Positions 50,682 to 60,093 of a stretch of DNA of 64,000 nucleotides are shown here, piece after piece. Position numbers and translations under genes: made by a program. A model generated the notes under the pieces. The model worked only from the letters and a program-made list of their open reading frames with translations. It was not told the DNA's origin and made no database searches. The DNA is taken from NCBI GenBank assembly GCA_050253415.1, contig JBFWJC010000001.1, forward strand, positions 1,352,679 to 1,416,678, read 5' to 3'. Position 1 is the first letter of the stretch. Each line of letters opens with the position of its first letter. The DNA comes from Pedobacter sp. (GTDB lineage Bacteria > Desulfobacterota > Desulfuromonadia > Desulfuromonadales > Syntrophotaleaceae).

Positions 50682-51711
50682 GCGCAGATGCGCTCGCCGT
50701 GGCTATGGCGCGGCTCTTTTTTTCGCCGGTGTCTGGTTTTTCAGGAACAGGGAAGTCGTCCCCAAAGACCTTTCTCAGGGTTTCGCATGCCTTCACCGGG
50801 TCTACTTCACCGATTGCCGAGTCAAGAGCCTCCAGCAGACTTTCCAATTTCTCCTTCAGATTGGCCATCTGGTTGTCTGTCATCTTTTCGAACAATTCGG
50901 AATAGGGTTCGACTGGCAGGTACACCTTCAGTCTGTTTCCGAAGTTGTTCAGCATGCTGTTTACAACCCCTCGAATCGCTTGCAGGTCGTCGTACTTGCT
51001 CGTGTTCGCAACGGTATCCGTCGTCTTGTTTGGGGAAAACCATTCGTATACCGCGATGGTCAGGCCTATTCCGATAGGCGCGGCATTACCATTGGTAGAG
51101 AATTTGTGGTCCTTCCACCTTTTCAGATACCGTATCACCCTGACAAATTGCTTTTTGTCGTCGCCGGAATATCTGTTTCCAACAATGTCCGCCAATCCTT
51201 TAGGGTCTGATACTTCCCATGATTTATTGTTATCTGAAGAATTCAACTTTCCCTTTGCCAGACACTTCTTGCCGTCAGAGTTGCAAGACTCGTCGGAATA
51301 AATTGCAAGATCGACATGATACTGTGGTTCATCACCTTTCTGGTAAAAAACGGTTACACATGGCCTCCGCATGTCGACTTTTTTGGTATGGCCGTTCAAC
51401 GCTTCATACACCCATTTCTTGACTGCCACCGGGTCTGGATAGTCGTCTTTTGAGACATTGAAGGATACGCCGACATCAATATCATAATCACTGTCCAAAG
51501 GTATAACGCCGGTGCCCATTTTATAGCTTCCCTGGTCAAAAGTCTGGTACGTGGGAACCGGTTCATTCTTCTCCTCGAAAATCGCCTTCAGACGCGATTT
51601 TAGCTTATCAAGAACAATGTCCCTCTTTTCCCTTAGGGTCTGGTTCTCGTCGAATCGTTTGAGTTTAATTGCTTCATGAAAGGATTCGAAATGCTTTTGA
51701 ACGTCGGCCAT
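50674..51711 (-). CDS. cGAS/DncV-like nucleotidyltransferase (CD-NTase)
   Basis: QGSYKMGTG...DYDIDV, PCVTV, HVDLAIY, RYLKRWKD, FGDDFP; GGAGG RBS. Confidence 0.95.
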   Translation of the reverse strand: MADVQKHFESFHEAIKLKRFDENQTLREKRDIVLDKLKSRLKAIFEEKNEPVPTYQTFDQGSYKMGTGVIPLDSDYDIDVGVSFNVSKDDYPDPVAVKKWVYEALNGHTKKVDMRRPCVTVFYQKGDEPQYHVDLAIYSDESCNSDGKKCLAKGKLNSSDNNKSWEVSDPKGLADIVGNRYSGDDKKQFVRVIRYLKRWKDHKFSTNGNAAPIGIGLTIAVYEWFSPNKTTDTVANTSKYDDLQAIRGVVNSMLNNFGNRLKVYLPVEPYSELFEKMTDNQMANLKEKLESLLEALDSAIGEVDPVKACETLRKVFGDDFPVPEKPDTGEKKSRAIATASASAHA

Positions 51712-51728
51712 ACGACCTCCTTTTGGAA

Positions 51729-51782
51729 GTACAACATTTTGGGATGTTCCAGCAATATAGGTACGACATATTGTGTTGTCAA
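51729..51782 (-). promoter_or_regulatory. CBASS sigma70 promoter overlapped by tandem NrdR-box-like operators
   Basis: Minus strand TTGACA(51782-51777)-17 nt-TATATT(51759-51754); 16-bp boxes GTACAACATTTTGGGA (51729-51744) and GTACGACATATTGTGT (51761-51776). Confidence 0.75.
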
Positions 51783-52599
51783 GAGAATGTTAAGATTTTT
51801 TTACGCCCACTGTTGATTGGCTGTGCATAGTTGCTGTTGCGTTACCCGACGTCTGAGAAGACACGAGTTTCAAAACACAGAAACCCAGCTCGGATCGCCA
51901 GGCGGGGTTTTCTCTTCCATGGGATAGTTATGTCCCTTGACCCGGTGCCTTTAAATGGGTGACACAGGGGGCTAGGAATGATCGGACATAACGAAATGGA
52001 ACCAAGACGACTGGTTTCAGGCATTTGCGATAGAATTTTTCGGCTAAAATGGTCGAAGCCTTTGCATCAGAGGAGGGTAGGGCGATGGCCAAATATGAAT
52101 CCAAACTTATACCCAAAGGCTAGGATTCGACAGATGGTCAAGCCCTGCCGGATGGTAGAATCCGGTTTAAAATGACCTCCTGAAAGAGAGCTAAAAAGTT
52201 GGCTCTGGCAGAGGTTCAGGTCGTATGGGAAGCGCCAATCACCAAAAGATTAAATTCAGACCATTAAATCCTACCCGCATTTCACCCTGCAAGAATGTAT
52301 TGAATCAGCCAATAGAAGATTTTTTCCGCTTACGGGTGATCGGGGGCCGCATAAGATTCGGCGCGAACTCAACCGCAATGGCTCCTGTTGTTCCTCCCGG
52401 CCCGGGGGATGAGCCCTCATCCACCAAAAAAGTCACTACACAGTCGGTCGCAGACTCTTTACTTCTGGCGCCAGGATTTTTTCAGTGCCTGGAGCGCTGC
52501 CTGTTCCTTGACTGATCGTTGAAGGTCATCTGTAGCCGACTGAAATGAAAGCAACAGGACGATGCAAAAATGGGGCGCCTCCGAAACCATCAACCAGTG

Positions 52600-52900
52600 G
52601 GGCGTTTTGGATTGCCAGTAGGACGGACAGTTTTAACGCCATCTACACTGACGACATAAACACCGATTGAGGCAAAAGTGCTACGGTGTGGACCGTCGTT
52701 ACTTCCAAACCGGGTGGGCATTGAGCAACGGCCAGCCATCGTCAAATCACGCAGTCGCTTCGGCGATTGGGAGGGCGGCTTGATGGTAGGTCCGGCAATC
52801 CGGTGCTCCTCGCTTCCCATGTGGAACGTAAAAAAACGCTACCAGAAGGTCTCGCTGCTTAAGAATTACAGGGCTGAAACTTTCAATACCGCAGTGATCC
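52600..52900 (+). mobile_element. IS30 transposase remnant
   Basis: LPNRVGIEQRPAIVKSRSRFGDWEG fragment with frameshifted flanks. Confidence 0.7.
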
Positions 52901-54018
52901 ATTTCTATCACCGATTGCCGGCAGCAATGCGATTGACGCTCATTGTAGGCCATAGTCGGTTGCAATTCTATTTTCTCAAGGAGGCGGATTTTATGCGAAT
53001 TGATGAGGCCGAAGGGAACTGGGCAACTAAATGCCTCAAGCATCGACCACGAAAGGGTATCAAGGGCCGGAGCCCTTTACCCTGGGGGAGGACCTATGTG
53101 GTTCACGTGCAAATTGAATCCGGTGACGGTACACAGCCGTCATTTTAATTAATTGGAAAAAATAATTTAAGCCACTACTGGGTGCCGATAGTGCGTTTAT
53201 TCCAGACAGAAGGCGACAATGGGCCTACAAAAAGATATTGAAAACTTCGGTACTCAAGCATCTTGATAGCTTTTTCCATTATTCTCTTCATAGCTTCTTA
53301 CCTAATTTTTTACGACCATCAATCTTGAATCTTTTCAATAATTTCCTCGACAATCAACAAAAAATCAATTCTGGCAAAGAAAATTTACATCGTCTGTGAT
53401 TGCTTATTTGGGCTATTCCTAACAACTTTGTTTGCCATCAATAACCTTAACATGAAAAGCTCGTACAGGTAATTTAGTGAGTGTTTGTACCGTAACAATA
53501 AACACAAAAAATACAATGAATGATAATGATTAGAGTTTACTGTATTGTAATAGAAAAATATGCAATAAAAAACCAATATCAGTTGTACTATAAAGTAACA
53601 ATTCAATACGTCTATTTCATGGTTTAATTAATAAAAAAACCAAACAATACACATCCTATTGACAAAAGGAAAGTAGTTTTGCGATCATACAATCATAAAA
53701 AGAATTTTTATCCCTTAAATAAGATATATGTAATCACAATACAGGATGGTCAGGTGAAACTTTTCACCCACTAAACACGTGGGAGCCCCGTCGATGAACA
53801 CCAACAACAACGACCATTCTACCGTGCATGTTCAACCGATTTCCGAACGGAAAGAACATGGTCAGCATCAAAAGTCACCTCTACACGAAGGCCCCAACTT
53901 TCGCGTATCTGCCTTTTCGCTTTGGCACCTGCCGAAACCCCTCTCTGATTTTGCGACACTGACCACTGATGTTTTTACCGACCCGCGATGTAACCGGACA
54001 AAAATAAAAGGAGCCGCC

Positions 54019-54612
54019 ATGAATACATGTAATTTCAGAGAATTAGGTGACGTCTGCCTGGATATTTTGACCATCAAGCCGCAGGCGCCGGCCACAAAGC
54101 GTTTGCCACCCACATACCTGTTTGTGGCCGTCGATCATGCCAGTCGCTGGGCTTACGGGGAGTTGCACCAAAGCAGGTCGGCCCTTTTTGTTGACTTTCT
54201 TGAAAATCTGGCCAAAAAAGCACCATTCAGAATACATACGGTTTTCACGACCTACGACCGACCCTTCCATGAACTTTTCGTCAACGGCAGAGCGACCATC
54301 AATGACGTAAACGAAACATTCAACCAAGCCTGTGTAAGACTCGGCATTGTTCATCGATCAACCCCGCCTTGGAGGCCAGTTGATGCCGGTGTGTTGGAGC
54401 GATTCCATCGCAGCATTGGGGAAGGCTTGAAAACGGCAGGAGGGATTTCACCCAAGGATTTTGCGCCCACCTTGCTGCGCTACCTTGAGCAATACAATGA
54501 GCACCTTCCCCAGCTAGTTTTGGGCCACATAACGCCCATTCAGGCTGTAAGGAGAGGTATTGCCTCTGCAACAAATGTGGGGGACAACAACCCTCTTAGC
54601 ATAAAAAGGTGA
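54019..54612 (+). CDS. IS481-like integrase-core-only ORF, catalytically degenerate
   Basis: YLFVAVDHASRWAY, PFRIHTVFT, ERFHRSI, YNEHLPQ..LGHITP; TDNG motif replaced by TTYD; AAGGAG RBS before MNTCNF. Confidence 0.65.
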   Translation: MNTCNFRELGDVCLDILTIKPQAPATKRLPPTYLFVAVDHASRWAYGELHQSRSALFVDFLENLAKKAPFRIHTVFTTYDRPFHELFVNGRATINDVNETFNQACVRLGIVHRSTPPWRPVDAGVLERFHRSIGEGLKTAGGISPKDFAPTLLRYLEQYNEHLPQLVLGHITPIQAVRRGIASATNVGDNNPLSIKR

Positions 54613-54616
54613 AACC

Positions 54617-54745
54617 ATGCGAAGTAATCGACCGCAAAAAAACTCGGTGATCCGGGTAGAACCGATTCGATCGCTGGACGCCATCGAACGCATCAAGGCC
54701 AATCTGGCCCCGCGCCCGCGCGGGCGGCCACTGCCGCCCCACTGA
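54617..54745 (+). pseudogene. Tyrosine recombinase N-terminal fragment
   Basis: MRSNRPQKNSVIRVEPIRSLDAIERIKANL, typical VEPIR integrase N-terminus, then stop. Confidence 0.6.
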
Positions 54746-55009
54746 AGGAGGAAGTATGAAAAAGAAAGATGTCGGCAAAAACAGTCGCAGCAGGGCGACG
54801 ATCAAAGCGTCAAGAGCGCAGGTTACAAACGGTCACAAGGCCCCGCCGGCGATCAAGCGCTCGGCGTGTACACTGACTCCCCAACAAAAGACGACGTGGT
54901 TGTTGTGCCTGTGGGGTGGCGAGTTCAAGTTTTCTATTGAAGAAGCGGATTACCCTTTGGCACGGCCGGGGAAAAGGACCTTGTTCTGAATCTCAACAAA
55001 CTCTCCAAT

Positions 55010-55320
55010 GCTAGCATCCGCAAAGCGGCGCAAGAGTGGCGCGCGAGGTTCCGGAAGGCCTGGGTCGACGCCGAGGTAAAGACTATTTCGGCTGGATTCA
55101 GGTGCGTGACTTCGGCAGGTTGGGTCGCGTCAGTCACATCCCTAGTCCTGAAGTCGACCGGGAAATTCACGGGATGTTCATCGGCGAAGAGGCTCTGTAC
55201 TACGGATCTGGGCTGGCGACCCGAGGTGGTCGAGATTCGGAAGCAATACCCGCTGTCCCTGAATCTTGCCTTGACAGTGGCAGAGGCGCTGGGCATCGCG
55301 CATCCCAGAGGTTTCCTGGA
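55010..55320 (+). pseudogene. Degenerate second tnsA
   Basis: EGLGRRRGKDYFGWIQVRDF...REIH, frameshift, WRPEVVEIRKQYPL...AEALGIAHP parallels the intact TnsA N-terminus. Confidence 0.75.
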
Positions 55321-55562
55321 AAATTGCGGTGTCAGGGTGCTTGGGGACGGTCCAAGTGAAGTTTGATGATGTCTGGCAAGCTTCCATGGTCTTATCCCGG
55401 AGGGAATGGATATAAGTCAGGGGCCTGGGGCCTATGGATGATAAAGCAGCAATATAAAAGCCGTTATTGCGATTTTCGCAATTCCAAAACGGAAGTCCTT
55501 TCATCAAATAGCGAATGAGAAGAAAGAAAAAGCCATTAGCAGGTTCGGGAAAGGAGGACAGT

Positions 55563-56375
55563 ATGTCTCCACGAGCGCGCATTTCAGACAAAGGCAGAGC
55601 CCGTAAGGGGCGAGGCAAGGGCCATGGCAGAAATTACGAGCCGTGGATCAAAGTTGGCGACTACCCCGCAAATGTTGGATTCGGGGACAGGGTAAACGGT
55701 TTAATCAGCGGTCGTCCCACCCATACACTGTCGAGGTTGGAATTTGGTGAATATTTAACGTTGGAGAGGTGGCAGGATGTTGTGGATATCCGTGAAAACT
55801 ATCCTCTGCCCCCCGGGGAAACAAAAATCGTGGCAGACAGGCTTGGTTTGCGACATCCCGTTGAAAGAACAACCAAACAGCCCAAGACCTTAACCATCGA
55901 CCTTTACCTAGATATACTTGATAATGAAGGTTTTTTAATGCACGAGGCCTGGGATCTTAAAAAGAAAGCGCATCTGGCGCTGGCCTCGTATATGCGCCAA
56001 ATCGATATTAAGGAGGCGTATCTTGCCATTTACGACACCCCCTACCATATTGCTACTGAAAATGAAATCGACCCGATCCTCATCAAGAATTATTTTCTAT
56101 TACGGCGATATACCGGTGAATACTTTTCTGCCCAGCATTTGGCCCAGATCAACCATCTGGAGAAACTCCTTTGGCAAGAATTAAAAGATTCCAGGGAACC
56201 CGCTGCGCATGTCTGTACCCGTATAGATATCCAGCAGGGCTATCGTCAGGGTACGTGCCTGAGCACGGTTTACTACCTGATTTATCATCGATACTGGCAG
56301 GTTGATCTCTATGAGGAAATCAGGCCGGACGAAGGGCCTTTGAAGCTCTATCGTTTAAAAGCCGTAGAGGATTGA
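55563..56375 (+). CDS. tnsA: Tn7-like TnsA endonuclease
   Basis: GRGKGHGRNYEPWIKV.D, RPTHTLSRLE, DIRENYPL, LGLRHP, LTID; AAGGAGG RBS. Confidence 0.92.
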   Translation: MSPRARISDKGRARKGRGKGHGRNYEPWIKVGDYPANVGFGDRVNGLISGRPTHTLSRLEFGEYLTLERWQDVVDIRENYPLPPGETKIVADRLGLRHPVERTTKQPKTLTIDLYLDILDNEGFLMHEAWDLKKKAHLALASYMRQIDIKEAYLAIYDTPYHIATENEIDPILIKNYFLLRRYTGEYFSAQHLAQINHLEKLLWQELKDSREPAAHVCTRIDIQQGYRQGTCLSTVYYLIYHRYWQVDLYEEIRPDEGPLKLYRLKAVED

Positions 56376-56397
56376 AAGCCTCCCAGGGGGATGGGAA

Positions 56398-58578
56398 ATG
56401 AATATCGCGATTGGCAATATCCTGGAGTGGCTCGATCCGGAGTTTCCGGACGAGGACCGGGCCCCATCTTCAGAAGAAACGATCTCCCGTGAGCGCGTTT
56501 TGTGGGGTGATGCAGATGTAATTGTATCCATCCCCATGTCGAGGCCGCACAAGGGGGCAGGTGATGGTATGCCGGTGGTGCACCTGAGGAGCAAACTGGA
56601 GCGTGCCCTAGAGGAAAATCGACTGTGTATCAATCGTGATTTTGATCCTTATGGTCGCTTGTTAATTCTCCCCTCCGAATACAAAGAGAAACACGCTGAG
56701 CATCAGAAAAAAGCATGGAACGCGATCCAAGACATCGCGAAAAAGGAACCCGGAATTTACGACCCGGGGACTCGCGGTCGCTTGGTACGACAGGCAGCAC
56801 ATAAGCATAAGGTGTCCCGCCCCTACATTTATAAGCAATTACGGCGATATTGGGTGGCCGGGAATATACTCGAGGCTCTGCTTCCTGATTTCTTCCACTG
56901 CGGGCACATCCCGCAGGGGCAGGAGTTTAAACATTCGAAGAATTCATTGGAAACCAAAATTAAGATTGTCAAGGGAATTAAAAAATTCGGGGGCGGTGGA
57001 AAGACAGGCCAGAACTTAAATGATGACATTTGCGAAGAGTATTTTTCAGAGAAAGATGTTTTAACGGAAAGACGACTGATATATCCGACGGCACCATCTG
57101 TCCATGTCACAAATTACTATAGGAAGCTATTAAGAGATCACGATCTCAAGTGGTATATAATCAATCAATTCGGAATCAATAAATTCAAGAAGCTTTTTAG
57201 ACCGTTATTAAAAACATCCCAAACCTATGTGTCCGGTCCTGCGGATACTTTTCAAATTGATCATACTGTAGCAGATATTTATTTGGTTAATAAAGACGAT
57301 CGCTTATTAATAATAGGCCGTCCTATGGTCTATATCGTTATCGATGTTTTCTCCCGCTTAATTACGGGAATCTTTGTCGGATTAGAAGGTCCGAGCTGGG
57401 AAGGCGGCGCCAGTCGGGCTTTGCTCAATGCATTTTCCCCGAAGTTGCCCTTTTTGCAGGAACTCGGAATGGATGAATTGTTTTGGGATGTCTTGGGGGA
57501 AAGGCTGGACGAAAGTACTTGGCCGGCTGACTGTATACCCGCCAGGGTTTTGGGCGATTTTGAAATCGTTTCGCAAAAAGCTGATGCACCGATAATGCCG
57601 CTCGGCATTACTTTTTCCAATACGCCTTCGCGCCAACCTTGGGCGAAAGGGATTGTCGAGGCGCAATTCCGCGTATCTAAAGATTACTTCCTGGATTGGG
57701 CACCTGGAGCGGTCGATGAGTGGAGGAAGGAGGTGGAGGGCCGAGATTATAAATATGATGCCATTTTCACTTTGGAGGAATTTACAAAAATACTTTTACT
57801 GTACGTTCTTCTTTGGAATGATCACCTTCTTCCAAAATACAAGCTGGACAAGGCAATGATCCGGGACCATGTGCAACCTAGACCGAAAGAGCTTTGGCGG
57901 TGGGGGTGGGCCAATCTCTGCGGCCTTCCTAATCAGCGTAGTAGGGAGGTGTTGGAGCTTGCTTTGCTGCCACGGAAGACGGGGCGGGTAACCCAGTTTG
58001 GGCTTGAATTTGGGAAAAAAACTTACGTGCCTCAATGTGAGGATGCCGAGGAAATTCTCCTTCGGGCTTCCTACTTTAATCCATATGAAGTGGAGGTTTC
58101 CTACGATTCACGGTCTGCCGAGTGCGTTCTCATGCATGACCCCGAAAAGCGGCGGGTAGTGCGATGCCTGCTGAATCTTCCAAAGGAACGTAGTTGTGTC
58201 GGGGTCAACGAAGAGGAAACCCGGGTTCTCGATGCAGCTAAAAGTAAACTGATTAACGCTGCCGCTGCGGGGGAACGGCAAAGCCGGGTGGATAAGAGGC
58301 AGGTTGGGAGGCGGATAACCGAAGAAGCTATGGCGGCCCACGAGGAGGCACGGATACTGGGGCCGGATACGACAAAGCGAAGGCGTGGCGATGTAGCCAA
58401 AAATCGTGCCGACGAGGTACGGACCCGGGCCAGTGAAAAACATGGTGAACAGGGCGAACAGCAAGCTAGGCCGGATATTCCCGATGCAAAAGATGAAGAT
58501 AAGAAGTCCGGGGATGCAGGGATTTTCGATCTCATGTACGGGAAGGGGGCGGATCATGAAGAACCTCGAAAGCATTGA
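56398..58578 (+). CDS. tnsB: Tn7-like TnsB DDE transposase
   Basis: LRRYW, GP...FQIDHTVADIYLV, GRP.VYIVIDVFSRLITG, GPSW, KGIVE..F. Confidence 0.93.
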   Translation: MNIAIGNILEWLDPEFPDEDRAPSSEETISRERVLWGDADVIVSIPMSRPHKGAGDGMPVVHLRSKLERALEENRLCINRDFDPYGRLLILPSEYKEKHAEHQKKAWNAIQDIAKKEPGIYDPGTRGRLVRQAAHKHKVSRPYIYKQLRRYWVAGNILEALLPDFFHCGHIPQGQEFKHSKNSLETKIKIVKGIKKFGGGGKTGQNLNDDICEEYFSEKDVLTERRLIYPTAPSVHVTNYYRKLLRDHDLKWYIINQFGINKFKKLFRPLLKTSQTYVSGPADTFQIDHTVADIYLVNKDDRLLIIGRPMVYIVIDVFSRLITGIFVGLEGPSWEGGASRALLNAFSPKLPFLQELGMDELFWDVLGERLDESTWPADCIPARVLGDFEIVSQKADAPIMPLGITFSNTPSRQPWAKGIVEAQFRVSKDYFLDWAPGAVDEWRKEVEGRDYKYDAIFTLEEFTKILLLYVLLWNDHLLPKYKLDKAMIRDHVQPRPKELWRWGWANLCGLPNQRSREVLELALLPRKTGRVTQFGLEFGKKTYVPQCEDAEEILLRASYFNPYEVEVSYDSRSAECVLMHDPEKRRVVRCLLNLPKERSCVGVNEEETRVLDAAKSKLINAAAAGERQSRVDKRQVGRRITEEAMAAHEEARILGPDTTKRRRGDVAKNRADEVRTRASEKHGEQGEQQARPDIPDAKDEDKKSGDAGIFDLMYGKGADHEEPRKH

Positions 58579-60067
58579 CGCGGCTGAAACTTTCGGATCC
58601 CGGGGACCCATTTTCGGCAATAAGGTTCCGGCAAGGTATTTTCCATCGGCGGATCCCATGTTCAGGCACAATCCGCTTATCGAAGCGTTACCGCCAATTA
58701 TGGCGGTCGATGAGTTTACCAAAGCGGCCAGTTGGTACCCGGCTTATGATGAAGAGGAAAGGAAGAAGCCGTTAGAGTACCGCCTTATCGCGAGCGAAAG
58801 GATTAAAACACTCGTGGAGCCCCTGCCGCCATTTGTGAGGTTTTATTATTCATTGTGTGGTCAGCTCCGCTTTGGATATTTGAGCCGAAACCCTCCACGA
58901 CCGGCTTATAAAAAACAGTTGGAGGAAAGTTTTCCCGATAAAGAGTTCTCTGAGGACCCGTACCGCATGCCCGTCTTGCAGAATGCGGCATCCGGGTCAT
59001 GTGTCCTCGGTATCAGCGGTGTCGGCAAGACCACTTTAATCGAAACGGTCCTGAAGCTGATTCCTCAAGTCATTATTCACAGTGAATATGAAAACGAGCA
59101 ATTTACACAGCAGCAACTTGTCTGGGCATATGTGTGTTGCTTCCGCGGGAAAACTTTGAAAAATATCGCTTTCCAGTTTTTGTATCAGGTAGAGCTGTTA
59201 CTTGGCTACCCATGTTTTAGCAATTGTCATGGAAAAAGGTGGGCTGAAAAAGATATTTTGATGGAAATGGCAAGGGTTGCCCGGACGGTAAAGCTGGGAG
59301 CCCTTGTAGTTGATGAAGTGCAAAATTTGCAATACGGAGAGTCCAAAACAGGGCAACAGAGGAGGGGGTATTCCTATCCCCCATCGCTGTTGACGGCTTT
59401 GGTAACATTTTCGAACCTATTTAGGGTGCCAATCGTTTTTGTCGGAACACCGGAAACCGGGCCTCTCATAGGGAAAAGCATGCCTTTATCAAGGAGGGCA
59501 ACGCAAGGTGGCAAAATAGAGGTAGATCGTTTGCGCCCAGGACGGGTATGGGATCAATTTTATGAAACCTTATCCCGTTATCAATTTCAAAAAAAACCGA
59601 TGCAGGATAATGATGAAATCAAAAAGGCCTTTTATGAAGAGACCCAAGGGATCATAGGTGCCCTGGTGAGCCTGTTTACGGCTGTGCAATGGGAAGCCAT
59701 CTATTCAGGGGTGGAAGCGATATCCGAAAAACTAATCCGTGAGGTGGCGAGAACCCATTTAGGACCGTTGTATCCCTGGATCAGGCTTATAAAGGCCGGG
59801 AAAGAAAAATTTTTTTCAACGCCACAGGTATTGGAGTCCGATCTGTCCCATGAAGCTTTTGTTGCGGCCAGTAAAAGAAACACTAGATCCGCAAAAGACC
59901 AAAATGGGGGCGAACGAGCGAATGAAAGGGGAAAAAGTAATTCGGCCGGTCGGGAGAATGTGCTCACTGCAAGTAAAGATGCTCGCGCAAAAAAAAGGAA
60001 AAAAGCGAAGGAAAATTACGAAAAATTAAAAAGAAGGGGGCTGATTGCGGACGGAGAACGGGAATAA
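58556..60067 (+). CDS. tnsC: Tn7-like TnsC AAA+ ATPase
   Basis: NPLIEALPP, Walker A GISGVGKT, Walker B LVVDEVQ, VPIVFVGT. Confidence 0.94.
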   Translation: MKNLESIDAAETFGSRGPIFGNKVPARYFPSADPMFRHNPLIEALPPIMAVDEFTKAASWYPAYDEEERKKPLEYRLIASERIKTLVEPLPPFVRFYYSLCGQLRFGYLSRNPPRPAYKKQLEESFPDKEFSEDPYRMPVLQNAASGSCVLGISGVGKTTLIETVLKLIPQVIIHSEYENEQFTQQQLVWAYVCCFRGKTLKNIAFQFLYQVELLLGYPCFSNCHGKRWAEKDILMEMARVARTVKLGALVVDEVQNLQYGESKTGQQRRGYSYPPSLLTALVTFSNLFRVPIVFVGTPETGPLIGKSMPLSRRATQGGKIEVDRLRPGRVWDQFYETLSRYQFQKKPMQDNDEIKKAFYEETQGIIGALVSLFTAVQWEAIYSGVEAISEKLIREVARTHLGPLYPWIRLIKAGKEKFFSTPQVLESDLSHEAFVAASKRNTRSAKDQNGGERANERGKSNSAGRENVLTASKDARAKKRKKAKENYEKLKRRGLIADGERE

Positions 60068-60093
60068 AACAGAAGGTAGGAGGTGTTTAGGTT

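Noticed and set aside
52431..52442. AGTCACTACA, similar to the inverted TnsB-site core
   Set aside because: Single mismatched copy without the T-rich flank or repetition expected of an end
53150..53760. Very AT-rich tract with TTGACA and TACAAT
   Set aside because: Hexamers are 23 nt apart, and no credible ORF, repeat or transposon end was found
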